64,000 nucleotides of DNA from assembly GCF_004010195.1 (NCBI RefSeq), contig NC_057720.1, positions 18,601,887 through 18,665,886 on the forward strand, written 5' to 3'. The notes under the pieces are model-generated. The model saw nothing but the letters and a program-made list of their open reading frames with translations, ran no database searches and was not told where the DNA came from. Both the position numbers and the translations under genes were made by a program. This DNA comes from Chiloscyllium plagiosum (lineage: Eukaryota). Shown here piece by piece: positions 23,860 to 37,354 of this stretch (within the stretch, counting starts at the first letter, position 1; each line of letters starts with the position of its first letter).

Positions 23860-26155
23860 ACTAATGGTTTCACTAATGTCCTTCAAAGAAGAAAATCTGC
23901 CATCTTCACTTGGTCTGGCATACATGTGACTCCAGAGGCATAGCAATGTGATTGACTTTCAACTGCTCTCTGAAATGGCTATGCAAGCCACTCAGTTGTA
24001 TCAATTGATACAAAGTCGCCACAAAGAAATGAAACTGAATGGACCAGCTTGCATTGATCTATGCACCAGAAAAGGCAAAGGCAGAAACAGTGTTGTCGAT
24101 CCTATGGAGTCCTCCTTAGAACTCTGGGGGTGTTAGTGCCAAAATTGGTAGAACTGTCTTGGAGGCTATTCAAGCAACAGCCTGACATTGTCGGTCAGGT
24201 TTGATTCCATGGGTATGACTATGTCCCAGCCACCACCATCACCATCTGTGAATATGTCCTATCCTAACTACAAGACAGACCCAGTAGAGGTATACAGTAG
24301 GGAAGGAATTGCCCTTGGAGTCCTCAATGTTGACTTTGGACCCATGAAGCCTCATGGCTTTAGGTTAAACTTGGCCAAGGCAACCTCCTCCTGATTACCA
24401 CGTACTTTCCTCCCTCAGCTGATGAATTGGCATTCCTCCATGTTGAATAACACTTTACGGATGCACTCAGGGTGGATAGGGATCAAAACATATTCTGGGT
24501 GGGAGATTTCAATGTCCATCACCAAGAGTGGCGAGGCAGTAACACTACTCACTGAACTGTTTGGTTCTGGAAGGACATTGCTGCTGGACTGAGTCTGCAG
24601 CAGGTAGAGGGAACCAATGAGGGAAAAACATACTTGGTCTGTTAGCTTCAGGTGCATCTGTCTGTGACAAGATTGGTAGGAATGACCATTGCACAGTCCT
24701 AGTAGAGTCCTGCCTTCACATTGAGAATATCCTGTATTGTGTTGTGTGGATTATCACTGTGCTAAATGGGACAGTCTTCAGACAGATCCAGCAACTCAAG
24801 GCTGGGCAGTCAACAGCAGCAGAATTATACTCCAATGCAATCTGCAACCTCATGCCCAGCATATCCCCACTCAACCATTATCATCAAATCAGGGGATCAC
24901 TAGTGAGTGCAGGAGGGCATGCCAGGAGCAGAACCAGGCATATTTAAAAATGAGTTGTCAACCTGCTAAAGCTATCAAACTACTTGTGTGCCAAATAGCA
25001 TAAGCACTGTGATATTCAGAGCTAAGCGATCCCACAACTAGCAGATCAGATTTAAGCCTTGCATCCTACCTCATCCACTTGTGAATGGTGGTGAACAATT
25101 CAACAACTTATTGGAGGACGAGGCTTCACAAATACCCCCATCTGCATTGATGAAGAGCTTATTGCAAAGGATAAGGCTGGAAAACTTGCAGAAATCATCA
25201 GCCAGAAGTGCCAAGTGAATGCAGAACCCAGACTTCAACCAATTTAATTCGCGTGATATCAAGAAAGGTTGCAAGCACTAGGTAGTGCAAAGGTAATGGG
25301 CCCTGTCAACATTCCAATAATGGTACTCAACACTTGTGCTCCAGAATTTGCCACTCTTCTTGCCAGTTGTTCCAGTACAATTGCAAACTGGTATCTACCC
25401 GACAATGTGGAACATTGCCCAAGTATGTCCTGTATGCAAAAAGGCTTGGGCTGACAAATAGCAAATATCATTTACGCCACACAAGTGCCAGGCACTGACC
25501 ATCTCCAATAAGAGACAATTTAATCATCAACCCTTAACATCACTCAATCCCTCAATATCTCTAACCTTGGCAGTACTATTGACCAGAAACTCAACTAACA
25601 GCCACATAAACACATTGGCTATGAGGGTGGGTCTGATGCTGGGAATACAGGGGCAAGTAACTTTCTGCCTGAGTATCCATCTACAAGGAACAACTCAGGA
25701 GTGTGAATGAAAACACCCACTTGCCTAAATGGGTGCAGTTCAAATAAAACTCTTGCTTGACACCATCTAGAACAAAGCAGCCCACTTGATTGGAACCTCA
25801 TAAACTTTTATGTCTTCCATCACCGATTCTTCAACAACATCTTCCAGGCCCACGAACACTTCCAGAAAAGAACACTAAACGAACAAGGATGGCCGATACA
25901 TGGGAACACTCACCACCTGCAAATTCTCCTCCATGTAACTCCTCGTTCTGACTTGAAAATATATTGCCAAACCTTCACTGTTGCTGGGTCAAAATCCTGG
26001 AATTCCATCCCATGAGTATTGTGGGTCAACCTACAACATGTGGACTGCAATGTTTCAAGAGGGCAGCTCACCGCCACCACATCAAGGGCAATTAGGGATG
26101 AGCAATAAAAATGCTGACCTGCCAGTGATGACCATGACCCATGAACGAATTTTTT
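23860..26155 (+). mobile_element. SINE-like piece (23860-23985) followed by an old LINE (APE to 3' end), degenerate
   Basis: GDFNVHH-type APE motif near 24500; LQALGSAKVMGPVNIP..VLNTCAPE.ATLLA; 3' end gggcaattagggatgagcaataaa...catgaacgaat. Confidence 0.7.
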
Positions 26156-26934
26156 TTAAAAATTGCATTGGCGTTGCTCAGTGATGTGAAAAATTGCCTA
26201 TGTTAATTTCACAAAAATGTAGGATGAATCTAAACCAACCACAGCAATTAATATTCTATAAACCCATTTCCCCTGTCATTGGAAAAATTTTGAAAGCAGT
26301 TATCAACAGTACTATGGAGCAGCCCTTAAACCATTTAGCTTCCATACTGGTATTTTGTTTCAAGTTTTGAGTCTCCTGTTACCAGCATTCTGTAGGGAGT
26401 GATCACTGATCAGAAACCCAAGTGGACTATTCATACTATGACTACAAGTGCAGGTGAGAACTGAGTATTCTGGATTATATGGTCTACTTTCACATTCCCC
26501 AAAATCTTTCTACTATCTGATTTTATCTATAACAATGCAGTCTGCTTGAACAGCACCACTTGTCTGAATTTTAACTCCTCTCCTGTAACAGCACAGGGTG
26601 CATTGCAACAACAACTTTTGTACTTCAAAAACTTGTAAGTTATATTAACTAAAGGTCAATTGATGTATGGGTATACCCATCACCTCCATGATCAAGCCAC
26701 ATTCAGACATGACTTGGGATGCATATTGATAATCCTTCAATGTTGCCAGAAAAAAATCCTCTAACTTCATCCAACATCATTGTGGCAAATAGTCCCCTCA
26801 TAGTTCATGAAGGCCTGCCACCATCACTTTGTGGCAACTAAGGTTGGTCAATTTAATCCTGATCATCTGAAATATGCATGCATCCTAAGAATTAATTTTG
26901 TTTTACCCAAGGCTTTTTTTTTAAATTGATGCCA

Positions 26935-27937
26935 AATACATTAGGTGACTAAGGAGGTGGACGAGGGGAAAGCAGTGGATGTGGTGTATATGGATTTTAG
27001 TAAGGCTTTTGATAAGGTTCCCCATGGTAGACTTCTGCAAAAAATATGGAGGTATGGCATTGAGGGTGAGTTGCACTGCAGATTTGGCCTTTGGATAAAG
27101 AGCTGAAACTCAGCCTGAAGCTCATGGTCTATCAGGCAGCAGTGCTCCTGTAATTGAGGAGTGAAGGATAAATGTATTGTTCTACATTAGGATTAATGTG
27201 TATCCACTAACTCTGAATTCAGACGGCCAGGTGGTTATCGCCAGTATCACAGCAGCACCTCAGTAAAATGCTGAATATTTATTGGAAAGATTGGTGCTTG
27301 AATATCAGGCTAACAGTCCCAGTAAATGAGGCACTGGCTAAACTCCATCAGCTGCACTGGGCAGGTCACCTTGCCCATGCAGCTGACACAAAACTTCCAA
27401 AACAAGCTCTCTCACAGCAAGCTGTTACCAGGAGGACAGGGGAAATGCTTCAAGAACACCCCTGAAACCTCCAGGAAAGAATGCAGCATTCCCATTGAAC
27501 CTTGGGAAGTTCTAATCCAAGATGGCCCAAGCTGGAGAAGCAATATCTGTGAGGAACCACCACTGAGTATCTTCAAAACTCCCAGATGGAGGTCAAAACC
27601 TCCATCTGGGAGTACAAGATGATTAGGGGTTTAGATAGGGTTGACCGTGAGAATCTTTTTCCACGTATGGAGTCAGCTATTACAAGGGGACATAGCTTTA
27701 AATTAAGGGGGTTAGGTATAGGACAGATGTTAGGGGTAGGTTCTTTACTCAGCGAGTCGTGAGTTCATGGAATGCCCTGCCAGTAGCAGTGGTGGACTCT
27801 CCCTCATTATGGGCATTTAAGCGGGCATTGGATAGGCATATGGAGGATAGTGGGCTCGTGTAGATTAGGTGGGCTTGGATCGGCTCAACATCGAGGGCCA
27901 AAGGGCCTGTACTGCGCTGTATTCTTCTATGTTCTAT
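26935..27937 (+). mobile_element. CR1 RT pieces (26935-27075, 27605-27937) around an RTE-like RT fragment (about 27080-27560)
   Basis: VDEGKAVDVVYMDFSKAFDKVPHG; QLHWAGHL....DTKLPKQ.L (RTE-type C-terminus); CR1 tail ttctatgttctat. Confidence 0.7.
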
Positions 27938-28208
27938 TATTTTAAAGTGATAAACATGGAGAAATTCTCCATTCAGACATGAATGCCTTTTCCGATTTGG
28001 GGTAAACAAAAATATTAATCTGAGGTGGATTATCCTTGGTCAGTTAATTAAATGTGCAAATATTGTTTTGAAAAAGTGTTCTTCTCATCCTCACTTCCTT
28101 CATTGCATGACTTGTCTTCGAAACATGCTTCTTTTATGAAAATATTTTGTATAATAATATCTATATCCATTGATTTTGTTATCACTAATTCTCCCTTCAA
28201 AATTTTAG

Positions 28209-28340
28209 GAAAAGAGTAAAGAAATAATCAAATTGGAAAAATTCATAGCAGAACAACATCAGGAAAATATTTTTGCATGTGAACATATAAAGAAGATTCA
28301 AACTGAACAGTATCAAGAACTCGAGCAACAGATTGAAATT
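28209..28340 (+). CDS. CCDC18: CCDC18-like exon C (EKSKEIIKLEKFIAEQHQENIFACEHIKKIQTEQYQELEQQIEI)
   Basis: aattttag| ... ATT|gtaagc; 132 nt, phase 0/0; resembles recalled human EKNEKIRSLE...KKIHLEQHKEMEKQIE. Confidence 0.88.
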
Positions 28341-29469
28341 GTAAGCTTATGTTTTAAAATCGATTACTTAAAATTGCATTTGGGTTTCTTTATCTTGATA
28401 TATGGGAGTTTTAAAATTATAAATGTATTGTTTAAAAACAAAATGGGCTGTACTCATTAAAGGAATGCTGTTTTTAATATGCTTAGAAAGATTTGTATGA
28501 TTCCAAATTACCTTGTTTTGTAGTTACAGGCTAAGATTTCTGACCTTGATTTCATAGAAGCTGATGTGACTGAAACACATTGGTAGTCTTTTAACTGTGC
28601 ACTTTTCTGTTTCTCACATTGTTACTTTTCTTGGTGAATCTGATTGTAATCGTAATGATAAAAACTATTGACATGCCCAAAAATGTAAAATTAGAGAAAA
28701 ATTGAATGTGTTAAATACTTGAGTTTTGTGAAAACGTCAACATGCTAATTTAATCAGAAAAAGATGTGCTGATTTCTAGTTTCTTTGACATTGGAAAGTC
28801 AGATAATTTGGAGCTGTTGTTTCTGTCATTGAAGAAGTCCGATAATTTGCCACTAAATGAGTTAATGGCTAACAGTGTTCCTATTGTTTTCTTGAATAGA
28901 TTCTGTATTATTACTTCCAGCTTGGTTTCTTTCAAGATTCAAGTGTTCTGCTTTGCAAACCAATCCAGTTAAATGTGTCAGGAATACATAAGTGTGCCAT
29001 CCCATAATTGTCCATCAAATATGGCCTCTCCAAATAAACTACGTTCACTTTGCTTATTCATTTGCTCAAAAATGCCTTTAAACTTCTTTCCTTTAGTTGG
29101 AAAAGCTAATATTTCTTTGTGTGAATGTTAGAAATGTATAACTATATGCATTTTTATATAGTTTGAGCATGTTTTACAATGCCTAACTTGTAGGCTGATA
29201 CCTAATCCACAATGAATTAAAGGGTGTTGTATTTTAGAAGGTGTGATTGTGCTCCTGAAAATTGGCACTAGCTTCGCTTGTACTTTGCTGGGATAATATG
29301 TTTTGCATAATCCACCAGTGATTCCAATTTAATTCTGTCTCTTTGAGGCAACAGTGCAATTTGGCAGGATGTCAAATGTTAGTTTGTCTATGCTCCTTTT
29401 TGTTATTGCAGTGATGATGTTAAGATCTGTGTGATAGAAGAGCTTTTGCTGTTTCTCAAGATACTATTA

Positions 29470-32140
29470 GACCAAAAGATGTTTTAGCAGAATTAGGCCA
29501 TTCAGCCCATCTACTATTCAGTGAGATCCTGGTTAATATGATAATCCTCAATCCACTTCCCTGCCTCTTCCCCATAACCCTTGATTCCCTTACTGATTGC
29601 AAATCAGTTTATCTCAGCCTTGAATGTACTTCATGACCTAGCCTCAACAATTCTCTGTGTACAGAATTCCACAAATACATACCCCTCAAGAGAAGAAATT
29701 CCTCTTCATCTGTCTTAAATGTGCAACCCCTATAATTCTGAGATTATGCCATCTGGTCTAAGACATTCCCACAAGGGGAAGACAACCTTTCCACATCTAC
29801 CCTATCAGGTCCTCTGAGAGTTTTGTATATTTCTGTGAGGAGGCCTTTCATTCTTCTATCTGCCAACAAGTACAGGCCTAACCTACACAACCTCTCCTCA
29901 TAAGGTAGTCCTTCCATACCTGGTCTTTGCCCAGTGAACCTCCTCTGGATTGTTCACTTTAGTATATCTTTGCTTAGATAAGGGGCTCGGTACTGTTCAT
30001 AGTATTCCAGCTGTGGCCTGAAGGGCACCTTGTATAGTTTAAGCAAAACTTCCTTACTGTTAGATACCATTTATTTTGAAATGAAGGTCAGATATTCCAT
30101 TTGCCTTCCATATTACCTGATGAACTTGAATGCCAGTTTTTTTGTGATTCATGGAAGAGGACTTCTAAATCCTTCTGTTCCTTAACTTTCTGCAGTCCTT
30201 TTCTATTTAAGTAACATTTAGTTCAGCTCCCCTATTCTTCTTACTAAAATGCATGTCCTCACATTTTCTCACATTATATTTCATCTGGCAAGTTTTTGCC
30301 CACTTTGTTTCTCTGCAGGTTCTTTGTATTAGTCTCACCACTCCCTTCTCACTTGTTTTTGTATCATCTACAACTTGGCTATATTGTTTTCACTTTCCCC
30401 ATTCCAGTAGACTTTAACATTGACATTGTCCCACTAAGAGACATTAAGCTTATGGCCTGTAATTACCTGTTCTTTGTTCCCCTCCCTTTTTAAATATAGG
30501 TGTTATATTGGGAGTTTTCTAATGCTGTGGGACTTTTCCAAAATCAAGGGCTTCTTGAAAGATTACTAACCGTGCATATACTATATCTGTAGCTAGTTCT
30601 TTTACTATCCTAGGATGCATCTCATCAGGTCCAGGGGACCTATCAGTGTTTAACCATATTAGTTTCTCTAGCACTTCTTCTGTAGTATTACAGCGTGGAG
30701 ACAGGCAGCCAAATCAAACTTACCTTCCCTCCTCTATGTTCATAACAGAGTAAAATTAAAACTTTCAAAGATGCCCAAATTGACCCCCCATAGTTCCTAA
30801 CCACACTTTTTGAATAACCAATCCCAGACTATCTGGATTGTCAATTCTAGACACTGGGTTTGTAGCTTAAGCAAATCACTTAACTATTTATCAATAATAT
30901 AGTAACTTTAGGAGAGCAAAATTAAACCACAAAGTAATCTATAATTAAATTCAGTAACCTTTGTTTTCATCCCAATTCACACACAGGACAGACCAACAAA
31001 GATAGTTATGGGATAAACAAAACAAAATAACAAAACTGACCAGATTACTTAAGCAGTTCTCCCACTGCATTGTTTCAGAGTCATATGTGTGATTGTTTCT
31101 TGGTTGATTTTCTGAAGACATCAGTCCACCTTTTCAGTTCATGCTGAGAAAGTTTCAGCAACAGTCATAGTTTCTATTCTTTGAACTTCCTGTATGATGG
31201 CATAAACAACCAACTCTTCCTTCTCAGAAACATAATCTAGAACCATTTCAAACTCTCCAGCCCCTCCTGTTTGATCATCATGTTCTCTTCCAGACTTGCT
31301 GGCACCATTTCTCAGGTACTGACCTCATTAATGGACATCTGCTTTCTGGTTAAACAAACTACTTTCCCTGGAATTAAAGTGTCTATGGAGCACTTTGATC
31401 AAGATCCAACCTGCAATTAACTTTTGTGCCTGGCCTCACAAAAACACATCAGCTTGTTTATCCTTTTTTGAACTCAAAAGACTGCTCACAGTCCAAAGGT
31501 CTTTTTCTGTTCATGCTTCACAACTCCAAACCAAAATTAATAACCAAGTAAAACAAAACATAGAAGAATACAGCGCAGTACAGGCCCTTTGGCCCTCGAT
31601 GTTGCCAAATCTGCAAGGGTTCTAACTTTTGAAAAACTTTTTGTATTTATTTGCTCTCCTCCTTTGCCTCTTGAATGTTTAATAGTTTGGGATATTATTA
31701 ATCCTTTCTACGGGGAAAGCATTTATTCAACTCCTGTTATTTCCAGTTGCCCCATTATTACCCTCCCAGCCTTATTTTCTAATGGGACTATGTTTACTTT
31801 GGCTTCTCTTGTGAATTTAAAGAAGCGCTTGTTGTCTGACTTGAAATACTTGCAAGATTACCCTCAAGGTTTATTTTTTCTCTTTTCAGTTTTTTTGGGC
31901 ATCTTTTGTTGGTTTTTAAACCTTTCCAAACCTCTGGCTTATCACCAATCTTTACAAGGTGTTCTTTTTTTTCTTTCAATTTGATGCTGTCTTTAACTTC
32001 TCTATTTAACCAAAGTTGGCTTATCCCTCTCCTGGAATCCTTCCTTCTCACTGGGATACGTTTTTGCTGTGAGTCATGATTTATTTTCTGAAACATTTGC
32101 CATTGTTCTTCAACTATCTTTGCTGCTAAACTCCTTTATT
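29470..32140 (-). mobile_element. Old CR1 LINE fragments (29470-30690 and 31620-32140) separated by an unidentified AT-rich insert
   Basis: 3' end with aggccattcagccc hairpin region; ORF 31794-32096 (IPVRRK...WLNREVKDSIKLKEK). Confidence 0.7.
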
Positions 32141-32311
32141 TTTGATCTGCTGTGACCAAGATTTGAGAGCAGACTATCTATGGAGCTTGTAGTGTGAGAT
32201 GGGCCTCCATTGAAAATGTCAAAGGTCAACTTTTCTGCAATAGTTCTTGCCTTTATCCACACTGACACTGCAGAACAGTCACAGTTGCTAATTGTTGCCT
32301 CTTGTGATGAG

Positions 32312-32486
32312 GTCAAAAATCATAACACCAGGTTATAATCCAACAGTTTTATTTGAAAACACAAGCTTTTGGAGCTTTGCTCCTTCAGGTGTTTTCAAAT
32401 AAACATGTTGAACTAGAACCTGGTGTCGTGTGATTTTTGATCTTGTCTAACCCAATCCAACATCAGCACCTCCACTTCATGGCTAC
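32312..32486. mobile_element. Small inverted PLE family B pLTR pair, HHR degenerate
   Basis: aaaaatcataacaccaggttat...ttgaaaacac versus gtgttttcaaataaac...cctggtgtcgtgtgattttt. Confidence 0.72.
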
Positions 32487-33421
32487 TTGGAATGATCAGG
32501 GCAGTTATTATTCTTCCTTTTAGATTAATTTTATCTTGTACTTCTAATATATCAAGGCCCTGTGCTCATTTGACCTGTCATTTGATCCCATTTCCTCAAC
32601 TGCACAAAAATATGTAGGCTTAAACTCATCAGATTAGTCCTAGCATCTTTCTTTTGTGAGCCCATTAGACTGTAATTTACTTTGTTTGGTTTTAAAATGA
32701 ATATATATATAATCATTCTTATTAAAGTTGCTTACAGTCATTAAAATGTTGAACCTGTTTGTTAAATATTTCACATTTTGTTCACATTTTGCCAGTTCTT
32801 TACGTTTGTCCAACATTAAAGAATTTTTCCATGTTCATATTTGACTCCCTTGCAGGTTACCAATCTTTCCTAGAATAATTGCCATGGAAATTTCTGAAAT
32901 AAATAATTTCAGAATCTTTTATGCCTAAATGTTTTATTCTGCATCTCGCATGAAGCCAACCATTGCTCCAATCTCTTCTTCACAATCCTTGTTGAATCTA
33001 CATGCTCACTGACTCTCCATCCTTCTTAAACATCTTTTCTCTGGATTTTATGCGCATGTTGGTGCTCTTGTATTCTTCCATTTCTGGCTGCTGCACCAAA
33101 GATATCTGGGCCAGGATAAGGTCGTGTCAAAATTTGGTGTTTGGAGTCATTTAAAAATGTGGGCAGGACCTGATTTCAAGATTCCTGCACAGTGTCAAGG
33201 TGCAGGTAGTGAGCACTCCTAACCCATTTGGCTTCATTGTGGGCATAATTCCGTGCCATTTTTGTGCAGTCTGGCCAACTTCATAGTCATGGTTTGTGGC
33301 CCCTCAGAGGAGTTGTGAGCAATAGCCTGGATTTGGGAACTTTTTGAAAAGTTAGTTTAAAGGTCTTTTCTGTGGCTTCCTTCATGTGTACACACCCAAT
33401 ATGCAGATCTGTAGAATTGAA

Positions 33422-33760
33422 GGTGGTGATGGCCTAGCGCTATTATCGCTGGACTATCAATCCAGAGACCCAGCTAAGGTTCTGAGGATCCAGGTTTGAA
33501 TCCTGCTACTATCAGATGATGGAATTTAAATTCCATTAAAAATTTGGAATTGAGAGTCTGATGATAACCATGCCGATTGTTGGAAAACCATCTGGTTTGC
33601 TAATGTTCTTCAGGGAAGGAAGCTTCCAACCTTACCTGGTCTGGACTACATCTGACTCTAGACCCACAACAATGTGATTGACTCTTAACTGCCCTCTGGG
33701 AAATAAGAGATAACAATAAATGCTGGCCTAGACAGTGACACACTAAACCTATGAATGTAT
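33422..33760 (+). mobile_element. tRNA-headed SINE of a second family (other copies at 51628-51912 +, 49210-49440 -, 23860-23985 +)
   Basis: gatggcctagcg (A-box-like) ... ggtttgaatcc (B-box-like); shared body catctggtt.actaatg.c.tt.agggaaggaa; LINE-like tail. Confidence 0.7.
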
Positions 33761-34209
33761 TTTTAAAAAATCAAAGAGGCATATGATAACATTGGCAAGT
33801 ACTGAAATGTTGAGGGGAAAAATGAAAATTTTCTGTGAAAAATGCTGCTGTTATTAGAGCTCTATAATAATGTAAATTGGACAAATCATTATAGGATCAA
33901 TAGCTGATGCTTAACCTTGCTCTTAACTTTGTCCAAATAAACCTTACAGGCATTGACATAAATGGTCAAAAAAAGGATGATTTATTATAACTGCACAAAA
34001 ATGTTACTCCAAGTATACAATGCACTTCACTTCAAACTGTTAAAATAGATGTGTTTGTGTTCGTGTTCGTTTGCGTTCGTTGGAGGTCTCTGATAATGAG
34101 TCCAGGTGGAGAAAATGATGTTTGGCTATCTTTTGACACAGTTCTCTGAAGACTTTGGGATATCATGAAAGGCACATTACAAATTCAGTTGTTTCCTTTC
34201 CTTGTTAAG

Positions 34210-34344
34210 CTTCAAAGTCAACTGGAAGAGAAAGAGCAACAGTTGAAAAAACAGAAGCAAACAATATCAAATGTACAGGAAGAGATCAGTGCCAAGCAAA
34301 GCAGAATTGAATCATTGGAATTCCTCCTTGAGGAAGCCAAAGAG
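34210..34344 (+). CDS. CCDC18: CCDC18-like exon D (LQSQLEEKEQQLKKQKQTISNVQEEISAKQSRIESLEFLLEEAKE)
   Basis: tttccttgttaag| ... GAG|gtaagc; 135 nt, phase 0/0; resembles recalled LEAQLEKKDQQFKEQEKT...LESLDRLL. Confidence 0.88.
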
Positions 34345-34704
34345 GTAAGCTGTAAAACTAAAATTTTAATCATTCTCATTTTAATGATTTCATTCAGTTA
34401 GGGATTTCACAAAGATTAATTTTGGAAAAAGATTTAGCATATGTCAGTGTTTTTAATGTACTTAAAATGTAATGATATTATGTCAAGCTGAACTTTTGGC
34501 AAGTTTGACTTGATTTTTGTTTGTTTGATTTGGACTTTCCTTCACTCATGGTTATGTGTTACAAAAGTTCTGAATAATGCCTTTAAACATACATACACAC
34601 AAGGATTTCCTTTACAGAAAACCAATGACATGCAGTAAAGTGTAACAACCAAACAACAAATCCAGCACCAATACGTTAAGCCAAGAGAAAGGAGACCTTA
34701 ATTT

Positions 34705-34800
34705 TTACAAAGTTAAAAGTCACACAACACCAGGTTATAGTCCAATAGGTTTAATTGGAAGCACACTAGCTTTTGGAGCGCCGCTCCTTCATCAGGTGAT
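34705..34800 (-). mobile_element. Solo PLE family B pLTR; HHR with G12A (CAAAA)
   Basis: Reverse complement cacCTGATGAAGGAGCggcGCTCC-AAAA-GCTAgtg. Confidence 0.8.
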
Positions 34801-36745
34801 TTATTTTTACTGAAGTGCTGGAGAACTCAGTATAGCAGTATCTCTGTAGAGAGAAACAGAATAAACACTTGGAGACCAATGTGACATTTCTTTGGTAATA
34901 AAAGTAAAGTACTGAGGATGCTGGAAATGAAACATAGAATTCTGGAGTAACTAAGCAGATCTGGTAGCATTTGTGGAAAGGGAACAGAGTTAATGTTTTG
35001 AGTCTGGTGTAATTCTTCAGGCACTTCTTCAGAACGGAAACAAGTTGGGAAAATTGTGTTTTTCACCCTGTAGACAGGGAATGGAGTTGAAGATGGTACA
35101 GGTTGTGAAGGTACTCAGTGCCAAAGACAAAGGGGTCATTAATGGTAGGGAAGAGAAGATAGAAGTGTAAAATAAGGTGTATACAAAGGTGTAAAAAAGA
35201 GAAAATAGGTCCCCTCTATAAAACTATTAGCGTGAGTAAGTTCTTGACTTTTTCTACCCTTTGTTTTGAAAATGTACTTCCTGATTTTACTACTCAATGA
35301 GCTAGCATTCGCTTGAAGATTGTTTTCTAGTTTCTCAATATCTACACTGTAGGATCTTTCAACTGTTTAAAACCGCTTGATTGGATAACGTGCCAACTTT
35401 GTAAACTCAAAAAACAAAATTTCAAAAGTGCTATTCAATTCTGCTAGATGATTGAAGCTAGGTCTGGGGGTCTCACTGAGCATGGGCACATTTGATAACT
35501 CCCTCTATCATTGTGTGATCTCTGCCTCAGCCAGGAATGTTGACATTGAAATGGCACTCACCGCATCAATTTGTAATTTTTTGCATAGATCGAGGAAAAT
35601 AAGTATCACCTTACATCTAACCTTTTTTTTCCTCATGGTACATATGTACAATTCCCAGTTTCCCCTCCCCCAAATTATGTAATTTGTCTCGATATCATCC
35701 TATATTCGTCAGTCAAATCATCCTGAATTGTAAATTTGGGTCAATCGTTTTAACTGTTTTAAACTAGGAATCTGTCTTGTAATTTGATGTTTTTATTGAA
35801 TTCTCTCTCTCTTAATCTGAGAGGAAGCAAACTTGAAAGATATTCTGAAGCCTTAACGAAGTTTTGCACAAGGATGAAATAAGTTATATTTTACAATGGA
35901 AAGTACTATAATTGCATCCTTGTACATTTATTTGCTACAGCTTCATAACATTGTTCATAAACTTATACAGAGTTATGAAATATGATATCAATGTAGATGT
36001 CAGATTTTCTTGTTTTTAAAGTGTAAGTGCACTCAGCATTGATCCTGCATGCGTGCATTGTGTAATTGTCCCAGTTAAATGCTATTTCTCAAATGGGGGC
36101 CTATTCCCAACCAAAGACTTGTTTGAGGTAAAGAACAATCCCGAGATGCATGTCATATCTGTGCATTTCTGAAAAAGCAACTCAGCTAACCCCACTTACC
36201 TTCTTTGTCTGTAGTCTTAAATTCTGTCCAATTCCCTTTCAAATAACAGAATTTGCTTCCACCTCATTCCAGGTCTATTAAGTGTTTTTTCTCATGTCAC
36301 CATTAGTTCTTTGGCCAATCATTTTAAATGGTGCCCTCAGGTTCTTCATTGTTACGTCAATGTGAACAGTTTCTTTCTATCTCCTCTGTACAGACTCCTC
36401 ATGGTTTTGAACCACTCTTTAATCTCCTCTAGGTCGGTCTTTTCTCTCTAAGGAGAACAAACTCAGCGTTTTTAATCTATCCTGAACTTTTTTAATATTA
36501 TGGGTGCCACTTGAAAAGGCTTAGATGGGACCTTGCAGGTGTTGGTGTTCCCACAGATTTCCATGTCCTTCTTAGTGAAAGAAGCCATAGGTTTGGAACA
36601 TGGTCTCAAAAGAAACTTGGGGAGTTGCTGTGTGCACCTTTTTATATTATGAAAACTAAAAACATGAGTAACAAAGGCCATGATGTCTGCCTGGTGCCAG
36701 GGTTGTCAGATTTGGAGTGGGAAGGGAGGGATCCAGTTGTCATTG

Positions 36746-36971
36746 TTGAAACTTTATTGCTGAAACAGCACAGCAGGTCAGGCAGCATCCAGGGAACAGG
36801 AGATTCGACATTTCGGGCACAGGCCCTTCTTCAGGAATGTTCATTCCTGAAGAAGGGCCTGTGCCCGAAACGTCGAATCTCCTGTTCCCTGGATGCTGCC
36901 TGACCTGCTGTGCTGTTTCAGCAATAAAGTTTCAACTTTGATCTCCAGCATCTGCAGACCTCACTTTCTCC
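36746..36971. mobile_element. Palindromic PLE family A' pLTR pair inserted in CR1 ORF1
   Basis: 95-bp inverted arms 36745-36839 and 36842-36936; 15-bp TSD atccagttgtcattg at 36731-36745 and 36972-36986. Confidence 0.9.
36843..36878 (+). ncRNA. Minimal hammerhead ribozyme (family A'), intact; predicted cut after C36874 (mirror copy 36803-36838 on minus has ACGT>ATGT)
   Basis: attc CTGAAGA AGGGCctgtGCCC GAAA CG TC gaat. Confidence 0.87.
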
Positions 36972-37354
36972 ATCCAGTTGTCATTGCCCAAGTTGGTACA
37001 AATGCCATTGATAGGACTAGAAATGAGGTTCTGCTGAATGATTTTGAACAGTTAGGAGCTGAACTAAACAGTAAAACCGACAAGGTAATTAGGATAAGAT
37101 TACTACATGGGCCATGGGCAAATTTGCTCTGAGCAAGTATTGGAGTTATCATGGTGTAAATATTGGTAAAGGAAGAATTGGTTCCAGTTCATGAAGCACT
37201 TGAACTAGTATTGGGATAGAAGGGAGTTGTTCTGTTCATACAGATTTCGCTTTAACTGTATTGGGACCAATGTCCTGAGACAAATTAGTCCTTTATTCTG
37301 TAGAATTTAGATAGCGAAGGGGTGATTTAGGCGAGGCCTGCAGGATATTTATAG

